Virus record (IMG/VR): IMGVR_UViG_3300023548_000002
Span: 1-64,000 of that record
Source of the DNA: a virus
Direction: 5' to 3' (one strand)
DNA length: 64,000 bases
Below are positions 21,022 through 31,118 of the stretch, one piece after another; the first letter of the stretch is position 1, and each line of letters begins with the position of its first letter. The translations under genes and the position numbers were made by a program. The notes under the pieces are model-generated. The model had not been told where the DNA came from and did not search any database. It was given only the letters and a program-made list of their open reading frames with translations.

Positions 21022-22227
21022 TTAAAATATTACAGTAAGTCTATCAGTTTGTCCATATATTGGATGATGAATAAATGCTTCTAATGCTTTCTTTTGTCCT
21101 AAATACCCAGAATTAGCATGCCAAGTATCTGTTCCACTTATACTACGAACATATTCAACATAAGTTCTATCCTCTTGCATAATATCTGCATGCTTCCCTA
21201 AAACTGTTACATCTGAGTATTCTTTTTCCAAATGATGTCTTTCTCCTCCTTTAATTTTTCTACGGTCCTTATGGTGTATATGATGTACATACCAATACCC
21301 TACTTTACTTGTTGCCCATGCTTGCTTAGCTTCTGTTTTCATTAAATCGGGTAGAGCTGACCATTTGTTCCAATCTCCATGAGTAAATCCAATCATGTTT
21401 ACTCCATACTTTACGTATTTTCTTATAGCAGGAGATACATCAAAACTTACATTTTTACTATTAGTAAAGTATGCTTCTAATACATCTGCTAAAGCGAACC
21501 CCAAATGATAATCGTGATTACTTGGACAATATACTACGTGAGTATCTGCTACGCTTATACACATCTCTATTATCTGCTTATACGCATCTTTTGCAATTCT
21601 AAATATCTCCCACCAAAATTTGTCTGTATCTTGTAGTGTTCCTGCTGTAGTGCTCTTTTTATTAGAATCGATGTGTAAAGCATCATTTCCTATTACTAAA
21701 ATAATCTTTTCAATATTATGATTTTTTGCTTTACGTAATAACTTTTCTACTCCCGTAAGTAATCTTTCTACTGTAATATCAGTAGAGTTTTCTTCCCCTG
21801 TCATTTCCTTTCTCCCTACTTTGCCTATATGTGGGTCAGCAGGGTCAATGATAAGTAAATGGGGTTCATCTAATGGCTGTCTCTCAATAATAGGAAAGTT
21901 TGGAGAATACTCTTTTAATTCTTGTTTAAGCTCTTCTCTTACTTCCGAGTAAGTAACAATATCTTTTTTTAAGCGATAACTTCCTTTATCTGTCTTTATC
22001 CATGCAATATCCCATTTAGTGCTATCTATTCCTCTGTCATTTAATTCTTGGTCTATTTGAGACATTCCTCTGAGAACTCCCGCTACATAATCTCTTATAG
22101 CACCTGTACTGTTTTTCCTGCCTTCCATTTTAGCAATACGATATGCAAGTTTATTTACACTGTAATTAAACTTTCTTGCATTTTCTTTAATATATTCAGC
22201 ATACTTGCTGTATTTACTTTCCTTCAT
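21022..22227 (-). CDS. Calcineurin-like metallophosphoesterase
   Basis: DPHIG, GNDALH, SNHD, HGD and HHIHH motifs. Start taken at MKESKY. Confidence 0.8.
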   Translation of the reverse strand: MKESKYSKYAEYIKENARKFNYSVNKLAYRIAKMEGRKNSTGAIRDYVAGVLRGMSQIDQELNDRGIDSTKWDIAWIKTDKGSYRLKKDIVTYSEVREELKQELKEYSPNFPIIERQPLDEPHLLIIDPADPHIGKVGRKEMTGEENSTDITVERLLTGVEKLLRKAKNHNIEKIILVIGNDALHIDSNKKSTTAGTLQDTDKFWWEIFRIAKDAYKQIIEMCISVADTHVVYCPSNHDYHLGFALADVLEAYFTNSKNVSFDVSPAIRKYVKYGVNMIGFTHGDWNKWSALPDLMKTEAKQAWATSKVGYWYVHHIHHKDRRKIKGGERHHLEKEYSDVTVLGKHADIMQEDRTYVEYVRSISGTDTWHANSGYLGQKKALEAFIHHPIYGQTDRLTVIF

Positions 22228-22669
22228 ACGTAAATGGTTTATTTTCAATAACCAAAGTTATTGAACTATTTTCATCTTCCAAAAGTTTTACCAAATCTTT
22301 TTCTGCCTTTGCACTTTCCCAAATCTTTAAGCTGTTAGTTTTATAGCCAACTAATATACATCCTGAAGTATCAAGTTCTGTGTTACCTCTATGTATTCTC
22401 ACTCCACACCATTTAACTCCTTTTCCATGAACACATAAATCTTTTTTGTTGTATATCAAAGGTAATCTCCGTTTAAAATGCGGGGAATAAGTTACTTTTA
22501 CTCTGTAAATACCGCTGGGAATAGCAGTCTTGTGCATTACTTTAACACCCTCAGCTCGTATTTCATCTTCTAATGTATGACAAAAGAATTTACCATCAAT
22601 ATACAAATCTCCGATAACATTTCTATTATCTTCAATATTATAGGTATGTCGAATTATTTTAAGTTCCAT
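22214..22669 (-). CDS. DUF5675-type putative endolysin (L,D-transpeptidase-like)
   Basis: G.LYIDG.FFC.TLE, TAIP.G.Y.V, and IHRGNT.LDTSGCILVG with His/Cys. Confidence 0.8.
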   Translation of the reverse strand: MELKIIRHTYNIEDNRNVIGDLYIDGKFFCHTLEDEIRAEGVKVMHKTAIPSGIYRVKVTYSPHFKRRLPLIYNKKDLCVHGKGVKWCGVRIHRGNTELDTSGCILVGYKTNSLKIWESAKAEKDLVKLLEDENSSITLVIENKPFTYEGK

Positions 22670-23568
22670 TATTGTAAAATTAATGTTCTGTAAGTGTCTT
22701 TATATCCTTGCATAAACATATTAATAATGTCTTCTTTGGTAAAATTTGTAATCGTTATCCTAAGCTCTTCTGAAGGACGTAAAACTAAATATGGGATTCT
22801 CTTATATCCACGTAATTTTAGCTCCGCATCGTCCATATTATTGATAAATTCCAACTGGTTTAAATCATTCTTTAATGTATTGTGAACGGATATATCCAAT
22901 ATTACGTCAAATAACTCTAAAAGGTTTTTAGTATTTGCCCAAGAAGTATTCATTTCCTCAGCATGGGTAGCAAGAATATACAATCTGTCAGCATCTAAAT
23001 CAATAGCTTCCGAGACTCCTGCGTTATCTATTAAACCCCCATCATAATATTTTTCTCCTTCTATCTCTTTTATTGGCATTGTAAAAGGAATACGTGATGA
23101 GGCTATAATATGGTCTAATATTCTTTTATATGAGGTATTTCTATATTGTATCCTCCCTGTTTTTATATCTACGGCTCCTGCACTAAATGCTACAGGAGAA
23201 GAATTAAGAGTTTCTCTATCGAGAGTTTCATAAAGTAAATTATCTAATTTACTTGTTTCAACAAAACCATTAAATTTATTAAATGCTATTTCGTAAATCA
23301 ATTTAATTATTGACTTTTTCTTTACTAAATCTTTAGGTGAATTAATGTTTTTAAACCAAAAGTCCATCATTTTTTTGATGGATTCCTTGTTGGTAAAATA
23401 TCTCCTGAATTGGGTAAATAATGCCCCATTCAAACTCCCTACACTTATTCCTACTATCATGTCAGGGTAAATACCGTTATCAATTAGGGCTTTCATTTGC
23501 CCTAATTGATATGCACCTTTAATGGAGCCTCCTCCTAATACAAATGCTATTTTATCTTTTTTTACCAT
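22669..23568 (-). CDS. Patatin-like phospholipase
   Basis: LGGGSIKG oxyanion loop, GISVG nucleophile, DGG catalytic Asp. Alternative ATG at 23592. Confidence 0.9.
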   Translation of the reverse strand: MVKKDKIAFVLGGGSIKGAYQLGQMKALIDNGIYPDMIVGISVGSLNGALFTQFRRYFTNKESIKKMMDFWFKNINSPKDLVKKKSIIKLIYEIAFNKFNGFVETSKLDNLLYETLDRETLNSSPVAFSAGAVDIKTGRIQYRNTSYKRILDHIIASSRIPFTMPIKEIEGEKYYDGGLIDNAGVSEAIDLDADRLYILATHAEEMNTSWANTKNLLELFDVILDISVHNTLKNDLNQLEFINNMDDAELKLRGYKRIPYLVLRPSEELRITITNFTKEDIINMFMQGYKDTYRTLILQ

Positions 23569-24226
23569 AAGATAGTGTTTTAAAATAACCATTTAATTCT
23601 TTGAAACTTCTTACTCCATCAGATACTGTAAGCTCTACAGCCATAGCAAATATTTCTAATACTGCTACCATTTTAGTATGATTGGATTGATAATACCCCG
23701 AGGTTAATGAGTTATCCACCCGAGAGTAAACAGCATTTAATGTATCATTATGCCATTTATCAAATATTTCAATAACATGTTGTGCTTGCTCTCTACTTAA
23801 TCCTTTATCAATAAATTGCTGTAATACTTGTGTATTATAGGTTACTACTATATCAGTAATAAGGGATTTTGTTTTTGAAGTAAGTTCATCTTCCGAAATC
23901 TTTTTAATATTAGTTTCTTGTAAAAATTTATAAGTCTTCTCCTTAATTGCTGTAAGTTTAATACGAATGAAATCTCTGAATATCTCTGTTTTTACCTCTT
24001 CCCCTTCAAAATGAATTTGGAACAGCTTAATATTTACCAAGCGGTCTATCAATGCAAATAAGTCGTGGTTAGTTAAATTCCCTTTTGACCCTAAAATTCC
24101 TGTCATAATATACATACTAATTTCCTCTTTGTAACGATAAAAGAAAAAAATAATTATCCCCACTATTCCTGCTAATGTTGGAGGAAGCATCTTTAAAAAT
24201 TCTACTGTCTGTTCCATTTCATTCAT
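23552..24226 (-). CDS. Membrane-anchored protein, holin candidate
   Basis: Single N-terminal TM (LAGIVGIIIFFFY), located in the lysis block. Confidence 0.4.
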   Translation of the reverse strand: MNEMEQTVEFLKMLPPTLAGIVGIIIFFFYRYKEEISMYIMTGILGSKGNLTNHDLFALIDRLVNIKLFQIHFEGEEVKTEIFRDFIRIKLTAIKEKTYKFLQETNIKKISEDELTSKTKSLITDIVVTYNTQVLQQFIDKGLSREQAQHVIEIFDKWHNDTLNAVYSRVDNSLTSGYYQSNHTKMVAVLEIFAMAVELTVSDGVRSFKELNGYFKTLSYGKKR

Positions 24227-24783
24227 TTTATTTTTATCATCAAGGTTATTGAAGGTTGTTTTGTAATTAAATTGTAAGATAACCCTGTTATTCTATTCTT
24301 TTTCTTATACATTAGTGTCGGAGAAAGAATATTATATCCTATCTCTACTCCACCAAATATATTAATTTTTTTTAACTTACTCTTAGTTTTTAAAGTATAA
24401 TTTAAAGTTTGGTCATAAATGTTACCATCTGTAAGTGTAATTATACTTCCTGCAATACTGTCATCTTCATACAATCTAATGTGTTTAGATGCTTTAATAT
24501 ATTTTGTAGAGTCTTTCATTGTTATTCTTACTGTATCTACTCTTCCTGTATCTCTGTAAATGATAGTGTCTTTGTATTTAGTAATTATTTTTACAGATAG
24601 AGAGTCCTTAATCTTTTTTTTGTACTCCTCATAAGGGAGAAGTACAAGAGTAGTATTATTATCTTTGGTAGATATTATTTTCTCTTTTTGTGGGGGTGTT
24701 TCTCCTGAAGGAGATTTTTTATTACATAATAACAAAAAGAGAATTATTCCTATTAAAATAATATTTAATCCTTTACTAATCAC
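24223..24783 (-). CDS. Membrane-anchored protein, spanin candidate
   Basis: N-terminal hydrophobic helix ending in Cys, DTIIYRDT-type stretch and beta-rich C-terminus, in the lysis block. Confidence 0.4.
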   Translation of the reverse strand: MISKGLNIILIGIILFLLLCNKKSPSGETPPQKEKIISTKDNNTTLVLLPYEEYKKKIKDSLSVKIITKYKDTIIYRDTGRVDTVRITMKDSTKYIKASKHIRLYEDDSIAGSIITLTDGNIYDQTLNYTLKTKSKLKKINIFGGVEIGYNILSPTLMYKKKNRITGLSYNLITKQPSITLMIKIK

Positions 24784-25057
24784 GTTTTCTTCTTCCGTGT
24801 TTCTTTTTCTTTACTTTTGAATTATCAAAGGTCTTTTTAGTGCTTTCAAATCTTATATTATGCTTTTCTCTAAATTGAAAAGATAACGCCTCCTTTATTC
24901 CTGCAACTTTTACATTTATCTCAAATGTAGCGTAGTCGCAATAAGCATCTTCGACTTCATAATAATTGCCGTCCTCGAGTTGTATTTCCATTCCTATTAA
25001 CTTACCTCTGTTCAGTAAGTCCACAATATCCATTTTGTCTTTGTAAACGTATGCCAT
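24776..25057 (-). CDS. Hypothetical protein
   Basis: 93-aa ORF tightly packed in the operon. Confidence 0.6.
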   Translation of the reverse strand: MAYVYKDKMDIVDLLNRGKLIGMEIQLEDGNYYEVEDAYCDYATFEINVKVAGIKEALSFQFREKHNIRFESTKKTFDNSKVKKKKHGRRKRD

Positions 25058-25062
25058 AGTAT

Positions 25063-25767
25063 TTACATTTTAATGTATTGTCCGTTATAAGTTTGTCTTA
25101 ATAACCAATCATTTAATTGTTGACTAAAAGCTGCTCTTGCTGCTGCTGCGGTTCCATACGCCATTACTACTTCGGGTAATATAGTATATTTGTTTAATCC
25201 TGTTGTAGTACTACTTGCGTATCCACCTGTATTGTCAATAAAATCCATTAACCCATCTGACTTATCTCCATAAGAAGTTCCTAAATACACTTTTTCTTTA
25301 TATAAGTTGAAAAAGTTCGTTGTAGCGTTTAATAAACCATCTGCTTCTATTTCATCCAAGAACGAGTAAACAATGGTTATTATTCTATGATTATCCGCTC
25401 TAAATCTCGCAATAGGCTGTTTTTTCTCAACAGACCTTGCTACATTTTCAAGCCAAAACATTTGAGTCTCTTGTTGTGTCATTCCCTTAACATTCATTAA
25501 ATACGGGATAACTTCTGTTACGACGTCTCCAACTCTGTACTTAATTAAAATATCTTTCTCCTCATCCTTAAAACTTGCCCAACCACTTAAAGTGTACAAA
25601 TCTTGCAACCTATCTTGTGTAGTCCAAAAATCAATAACATTATCTACAACCAAATCCCAATACGCAGGATTTCCACTGCGGTCTATGTATGCGTTTGGAT
25701 TTGCTGCGTAAACTGAATCTTTGATGTATTGGTATGTATCTGTAGCTATTTCTTTTACTAATTTCAT
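25063..25767 (-). CDS. Hypothetical protein (tail region)
   Basis: 234-aa ORF in the operon. Confidence 0.6.
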   Translation of the reverse strand: MKLVKEIATDTYQYIKDSVYAANPNAYIDRSGNPAYWDLVVDNVIDFWTTQDRLQDLYTLSGWASFKDEEKDILIKYRVGDVVTEVIPYLMNVKGMTQQETQMFWLENVARSVEKKQPIARFRADNHRIITIVYSFLDEIEADGLLNATTNFFNLYKEKVYLGTSYGDKSDGLMDFIDNTGGYASSTTTGLNKYTILPEVVMAYGTAAAARAAFSQQLNDWLLRQTYNGQYIKM

Positions 25768-25769
25768 TG

Positions 25770-26705
25770 TTAAACGGGTTTATATAAAAATTGTATCTTG
25801 TCCACTATCCAGCTTGGAAACGCCCCAATACTACCATCATTTCTAAATGACCAAATAAATCGTTTTGTTTGTCCTGACAGGTCTCCTAAATTTATTATTT
25901 CATTAACAAAAGTCGATTGATTATTATATTGAGACTTTCCTATTTGATAAGTGCTACTTACAAGAACGCCCGCAGCTGGCATAACTGTTATTGGAGCCAT
26001 ATAAAGCCTTCCATAGTCAAAATTAAACTCCATTTCCCCTTTCCAAAACATTCTTAGTTCATTGTATGTGGCTATTGCTGGAAATGTTATGTCAATCCAG
26101 ATATGAGAAATATTTGGAGTATTTACATCGTATTGTGGGTTTATTCCATCATTGGAAATATAGGCAGAAAAATTACCTTCATATTTATCCGCACTGCCAA
26201 CTATCCATTGGTTAATAGTATCATTAGCGACTTGCCAACCGTTTGTTAAGAAATCTCCACTATCCCATTTTTCCTCGAACAATATAGCGAGTATTTCGGT
26301 TCCAGTAGTTAAATCAACCCATTTTCCTCCTTTATAAACACCCCATAATAATTGGTCTTCTACCCAAACTGTTTCGCCTTCTTGCATAGTAGTAAATGTG
26401 AACAAATCAATACTCTTTGCGCTTGCAAAATGTCCTCCAACGCGACCTTCGAGAACACCGTTTATCTTTACACCCTTTACTCTTAGTTTCCAATCTATAC
26501 CTGTTATTGGGTTGGTATTTGTTGATATTATTTCTGCTTGCGAGGTTAAACTGATAAGTTGAGTATTTAATGGAATATCTATTAACCCCGCACCAATATC
26601 TATTTGTGTAGTTAGCTGATAAATAGAATTATCCAATAATGAAGCAGGTAAGTCTGCTATATTATTGATATAATATATATTATATGGTTTCTGCGGTATT
26701 GCCAT
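25770..26705 (-). CDS. Tail-associated protein with C-terminal beta-sandwich (MAM/adhesin-like) domain
   Basis: C-terminal GWQVAN...NQWIVGS...SAYISND...FIWSFRNDGS resembles Bacteroidota surface-protein jelly-roll domains. Confidence 0.45.
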   Translation of the reverse strand: MAIPQKPYNIYYINNIADLPASLLDNSIYQLTTQIDIGAGLIDIPLNTQLISLTSQAEIISTNTNPITGIDWKLRVKGVKINGVLEGRVGGHFASAKSIDLFTFTTMQEGETVWVEDQLLWGVYKGGKWVDLTTGTEILAILFEEKWDSGDFLTNGWQVANDTINQWIVGSADKYEGNFSAYISNDGINPQYDVNTPNISHIWIDITFPAIATYNELRMFWKGEMEFNFDYGRLYMAPITVMPAAGVLVSSTYQIGKSQYNNQSTFVNEIINLGDLSGQTKRFIWSFRNDGSIGAFPSWIVDKIQFLYKPV

Positions 26706-26707
26706 AA

Positions 26708-27079
26708 TTAACTATTTAATAATTCATCCACTCTACCTATAATAATAGTAGAGTTATATAATTTTTGCACTGTATTATTTAATAATTGTGCCTCTTCCAA
26801 AGATATTTCTACTTTTCCTCCTTTGTAAATCTTATTTAGTAATTTCCATTTTAATAGTTTTGTTTTACTATCATCTTTTTCATCAGCAATTACCAATATT
26901 TGCTCAAACACATCTTTGAAAGTCATTTCTTGACCTGTATTAATTTTGACTAATAATGGCTTACCTTCCTCTGTTAATAATGGTTGCTTTGTCTCCTTGT
27001 CATGCAAAGCAACTTCTTTTTCTTTGAATAAAGGCTTTTCGTCTAACCCTAAAATTACTTTTGATACGTCAATTTTCAT
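26708..27079 (-). CDS. Putative tail fibre assembly/chaperone-like protein
   Basis: 123 aa downstream of the tail fibre gene. Function inferred from position. Confidence 0.35.
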   Translation of the reverse strand: MKIDVSKVILGLDEKPLFKEKEVALHDKETKQPLLTEEGKPLLVKINTGQEMTFKDVFEQILVIADEKDDSKTKLLKWKLLNKIYKGGKVEISLEEAQLLNNTVQKLYNSTIIIGRVDELLNS

Positions 27080-27080
27080 A

Positions 27081-27503
27081 TTACAATAGATTTATAATTT
27101 CTAATTCATCTCTTGTTTTTATCCCAAATAATTGATATTGAGTCACTAATTCAATAGTTCCTTCCATTAACAGTTTTTGCTCTTGTTCTACAAACGTCAT
27201 TGTTATAGGGTCAATCAATCTCTTACTGACTAAACTATCATATACCGCAGAATAAGTTGCAGTGTCCATTATAGATAATGAGTCTTGTGGATTTACAGGA
27301 AGTGTGTCTCCTAATTGATATCCTAATAAAGTTTTTCCATTAGTATCAAATACTTCTATTAATTTATAAACTGAAATTTTTGATTTATATACCCCATCTG
27401 AATACTGAACTTTGTGAGGTATAAATCCCAAATAATCTGTGTGATTTGGATAAGCAAGATTACTTACTATTTTATTTACTGTTTTTACTGTTTGTGTTGC
27501 CAT
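27081..27503 (-). CDS. Hypothetical protein
   Basis: 140-aa ORF in the operon. Confidence 0.55.
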   Translation of the reverse strand: MATQTVKTVNKIVSNLAYPNHTDYLGFIPHKVQYSDGVYKSKISVYKLIEVFDTNGKTLLGYQLGDTLPVNPQDSLSIMDTATYSAVYDSLVSKRLIDPITMTFVEQEQKLLMEGTIELVTQYQLFGIKTRDELEIINLL

Positions 27504-27514
27504 TATTTAATTTT

Positions 27515-27530
27515 TTATCAAAGTTAATAA
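27515..27530 (-). promoter_or_regulatory. Bacteroidota-type -7 box (TAACTTTG)
   Basis: TAnnTTTG in the short intergenic gap about 15-20 nt upstream of ATG 27503. Confidence 0.45.
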
Positions 27531-27535
27531 TATTT

Positions 27536-29335
27536 TTATAATGTTTTTGATACGTTTATTACACCATTTATCAAAGTTATCCTATGACGTGTTCCTAATG
27601 CTTCATCTGTCATAATAATACCTTTACCATTTGTACCTGATTGTAATAATTCTAAATCTCCGTCAAGTGTCAGTTTTATCAAATCAATATTTGATACAGG
27701 TATAGTATTATGAGTAATTACATTGCTTAAATACAGAGCTGCGCCATCAACTCCAAGTGTAGTGTCATATCTATTTTGAAGTTCAAATTGATTTCTAACA
27801 AGTGTATTAGTTGTACCTATAACTTTAAATTCAGCACTTTGTAATTTTATTGAATAAGAATTACCTTTATCTCCTATTGTAGTATAATTACTTGCTAAAA
27901 ATTCTCTACGTGTAAGGATATTACCTGCTACATCTAAATGGTCTTCTATATTTATAGAAGACCCTCCCCAAGTATTGCTATTACCATTAACGAACACCTT
28001 TCCAATCATATCAATAGTAAATTGATTTATGTTACTATTATTTCTAAATTCAAATCTTCTTGATGATTGAATACCGTTAAACAAACTACTTAAACCAAAA
28101 TACATCTCTCTTGTTCCTCCTTTATAGAAATCTATTCTTGCTTGTGAATTTGTAGAATGGTACAATGCAACTGTTCCAATTCCGCCTATCACAAAACTAT
28201 GGTTCAACCCCCAATTACTTAATCCACCAATAGTAACAATATCATACGTAGATCTTCTTAAAGTATTTATTAAATAAGGAGTTACATCCGTATCAACTCT
28301 AAATGGTTTTTCTGTAACTTCACTTCTAATATGTAAACGAGCTAAGGGAGTTAAGTTATCACCGATTGAGGTTCTCCCATCGTTGTAGATTTTAAATAAA
28401 TTATTAGTATCATTTCCTATACCATAATAATAGCTACCGTCGGTATTTACAATGTTTTGTCTTGTTATTATCTTTCTTTCTGCCGACGAGCCGTTCCACC
28501 ACCAACCAATTAAGTTCTCTTTCCAAGAGTGTGCATTTATCAAACTACCGCTTACAATATCGTTTACTGTAATACCTGCTGTAGAATGTGATATTTCTTT
28601 TGTAATAAAATCATATCTCATTCTTTCTGCACCTAAAATTCTGTGTCCTTGTTCATAATGAATAATAGCATCTCCTAACTCATTGTCTTCAAAATTCATT
28701 AATGAACTGTTAATAGTGCGGTGCCCAATAACTTTTATACTGCCTGTATAACCAAGGTAACTCTTACCTTTAATATGTAGTTCTCTGCTTTCAGTAGATA
28801 TTGTTTGAGCGGCACTAAAAAATATCCTCTGTCCAGTATATCCATATATACTTATGTCTTTGCTTCCTACATAAACATTGTCATCGCTGCCAATTCTGAA
28901 TACATTATTAGAAGTGTCTGTATCGACTCTTAATGGGTCTTCTTCTACTCCGCCTCTAATGTGGAGCTTTGCTTGTGCAGAAATTGTGTTGGCAGATAGT
29001 ATCATTTTCCCACTTCTAACATACACATCCCCATTATCAACATGCACTTGATAATTTGGATTTAACACACCACCAATACCTATATTTCCATTATCGGTAA
29101 CAATTATTTTGTCGGAAACTTCCCAAGTACCATTTGTGTTATTCCAACGTAATATTTCGCCTTGTTGTGTTCCCTGTATTAAATCAGATAAAGAATCGGG
29201 AATATTAGAAATATTAAGATGTTCCTCGGTGAATTTTAAAAAATCCCGAAGAAACATTCTTGTAGAAATTCTGTTATAAATAACATCTATTTCGTCCTCT
29301 AATTTTAGTCCTTTTATAATTCTATTGTTAGCCAT
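27536..29335 (-). CDS. Tail fibre/receptor-binding protein
   Basis: GNIGIG-type fibre repeats, internal duplicated LHIR...P.RVDTD unit, G/N/S/T-rich. Confidence 0.65.
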   Translation of the reverse strand: MANNRIIKGLKLEDEIDVIYNRISTRMFLRDFLKFTEEHLNISNIPDSLSDLIQGTQQGEILRWNNTNGTWEVSDKIIVTDNGNIGIGGVLNPNYQVHVDNGDVYVRSGKMILSANTISAQAKLHIRGGVEEDPLRVDTDTSNNVFRIGSDDNVYVGSKDISIYGYTGQRIFFSAAQTISTESRELHIKGKSYLGYTGSIKVIGHRTINSSLMNFEDNELGDAIIHYEQGHRILGAERMRYDFITKEISHSTAGITVNDIVSGSLINAHSWKENLIGWWWNGSSAERKIITRQNIVNTDGSYYYGIGNDTNNLFKIYNDGRTSIGDNLTPLARLHIRSEVTEKPFRVDTDVTPYLINTLRRSTYDIVTIGGLSNWGLNHSFVIGGIGTVALYHSTNSQARIDFYKGGTREMYFGLSSLFNGIQSSRRFEFRNNSNINQFTIDMIGKVFVNGNSNTWGGSSINIEDHLDVAGNILTRREFLASNYTTIGDKGNSYSIKLQSAEFKVIGTTNTLVRNQFELQNRYDTTLGVDGAALYLSNVITHNTIPVSNIDLIKLTLDGDLELLQSGTNGKGIIMTDEALGTRHRITLINGVINVSKTL

Positions 29336-29546
29336 TTATTGTAATTTTATTGTATAACTCACATAATTGAGTATCTGTTAAGCATTGCCCACAATATTGG
29401 TTCTCTAAAATAATATCAAAAAGAATCTGTCTTAACAATAATTTTTTTTTACATATCTTTTTACCAATAAGCATTTTACTTACTTCATCTTGTGCTTTCT
29501 TTTGAGTGAAGCACATTAGTTTTAATATTTGGTCATCTGTAAACAT
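29328..29546 (-). CDS. Small Cys-containing tail (hub-like) protein
   Basis: 72 aa with several Cys, overlapping both neighbours. Confidence 0.4.
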   Translation of the reverse strand: MFTDDQILKLMCFTQKKAQDEVSKMLIGKKICKKKLLLRQILFDIILENQYCGQCLTDTQLCELYNKITING

Positions 29547-30553
29547 TATAAACTTATTACCGAATACATTAAGTAAATATCTATTGTCCCGTCCCCTTTG
29601 CTAAAGTTAGCATTTGCTGTTAGTTCAACGGATTCTCCTGGAGTATAGGTAACTTCTGCTAATTCCTTCATCTTTGCCATTATTGTTATTGAAGAACTTA
29701 CTATAATATTACGTATTGATAGGTTTGGGGAAGAACTGCTGGGATATTGTATATATAATAAATTTGCGTCAAAAGCTATTGCTCCTGGATTAACTTTTAT
29801 CTCAGCACCAATAAGTTTATAATGATTCCCTGCAGGGGGAGTTGATAATAGTGTAAGGGGGGAAGTAGCAATAGTTCCTAATTCTGTTAAAGATATTGTC
29901 TTTTTAACTATCTGATATTCTTGTGGAGTATAAGCTAATTTATCTAAAGTTACTGCTCCTGGAGCTATCTGGAAATACCCAGGGGAAGGCATTGTTAAGT
30001 CTCCAATAACACTATAAAAATTAGTATTATTTCCAAAACTTACAAGGATACTGTTACCCTTTGCAGGAGCAATGGTAATATTGTCAATCCCATTATTAGT
30101 GATTAATCCTCCCTGGGGTAATGAGAAAATATTTGACAAACGTAAAGTTCCAGGTATCCCTGCATTTCCTAAATCTAAAGTTCCTGCCACAATATTACCA
30201 CCGTTAATATTACCTCCACAACAAAAATAATTTATATTTATTTTCCAAGCACCATTTACATAAACACAGGTAATATAACTTAATTCAGTCATTTCTGTTG
30301 TGGAAAGCTGTCTTCCAAAAACATAAATATTAAATGTATTACTTGTTGTAACAAAAGGTTCTAAAATAATATTATATTTATAACCATCTTTATAAGTTAT
30401 TGTAGAATCAGGGTTAATATATAAATTTGTGGAAAGAGATAAAGGATTAGGAGTATTTATGTAATATATTTCTATATCTCCATTTCCTGGTAATTCTATT
30501 ACGGAATTAGTATTATCTATGGTTTCCTTATAAATATTTGGTAATTTAGCCAT
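29546..30553 (-). CDS. Putative tail fibre/structural protein
   Basis: Beta-rich, contains IAPGAVTLDKLA fibre-type motif. Confidence 0.5.
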   Translation of the reverse strand: MAKLPNIYKETIDNTNSVIELPGNGDIEIYYINTPNPLSLSTNLYINPDSTITYKDGYKYNIILEPFVTTSNTFNIYVFGRQLSTTEMTELSYITCVYVNGAWKININYFCCGGNINGGNIVAGTLDLGNAGIPGTLRLSNIFSLPQGGLITNNGIDNITIAPAKGNSILVSFGNNTNFYSVIGDLTMPSPGYFQIAPGAVTLDKLAYTPQEYQIVKKTISLTELGTIATSPLTLLSTPPAGNHYKLIGAEIKVNPGAIAFDANLLYIQYPSSSSPNLSIRNIIVSSSITIMAKMKELAEVTYTPGESVELTANANFSKGDGTIDIYLMYSVISL

Positions 30554-31107
30554 TAGTATAAATGTTTTAATATTGTTTGTTTTTTATGATAAAGTTCGCC
30601 ATTTTCTACATAACCAAACCAGTCTAATTGTAATGGATTGGTTGTTAAATCTAACACGGGGAGATTAAGATAAGATAATACATATTCTGTATTTACCCCG
30701 TCTAATTCATTAATTCCTTTAATGGTTTGAATAACACTTACATTTACATTTGTTTCTACAATAATCTTAGTTTCTACAATTATTTTAGAAGTGTTTTGCG
30801 AAAATAACCTACTGCCTCCAAGAACAGAATTCAGGTTTAATTTTAATTCAAGACCTGTAACAGGAGGATTTCCAACAAGTTCAAATACATCTGTTAAAGT
30901 TAAAACAGTATTCTCTGGAAGAGTATTTTGTGGAAGTAGATATGTATAAATAGAGCTGGGAACATTAGAAGCTGGCCCTCCCGAAGTATTATCGTTCAAT
31001 ATAACAGAAGTCCCATTATCCCCTGGACTTCCTGGGTCTCCTTGGGGACCCTGAGGACCTACAATAGAGTCAGGTAATGGTAATTGTTCATCACAAGTTG
31101 TACACAT
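30553..31107 (-). CDS. Structural protein with short collagen-like repeat
   Basis: N-terminal CxxC followed by GPQGPQGDPGSPGDNG. Confidence 0.5.
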   Translation of the reverse strand: MCTTCDEQLPLPDSIVGPQGPQGDPGSPGDNGTSVILNDNTSGGPASNVPSSIYTYLLPQNTLPENTVLTLTDVFELVGNPPVTGLELKLNLNSVLGGSRLFSQNTSKIIVETKIIVETNVNVSVIQTIKGINELDGVNTEYVLSYLNLPVLDLTTNPLQLDWFGYVENGELYHKKQTILKHLY

Positions 31108-31118
31108 AGTCTTTTATT

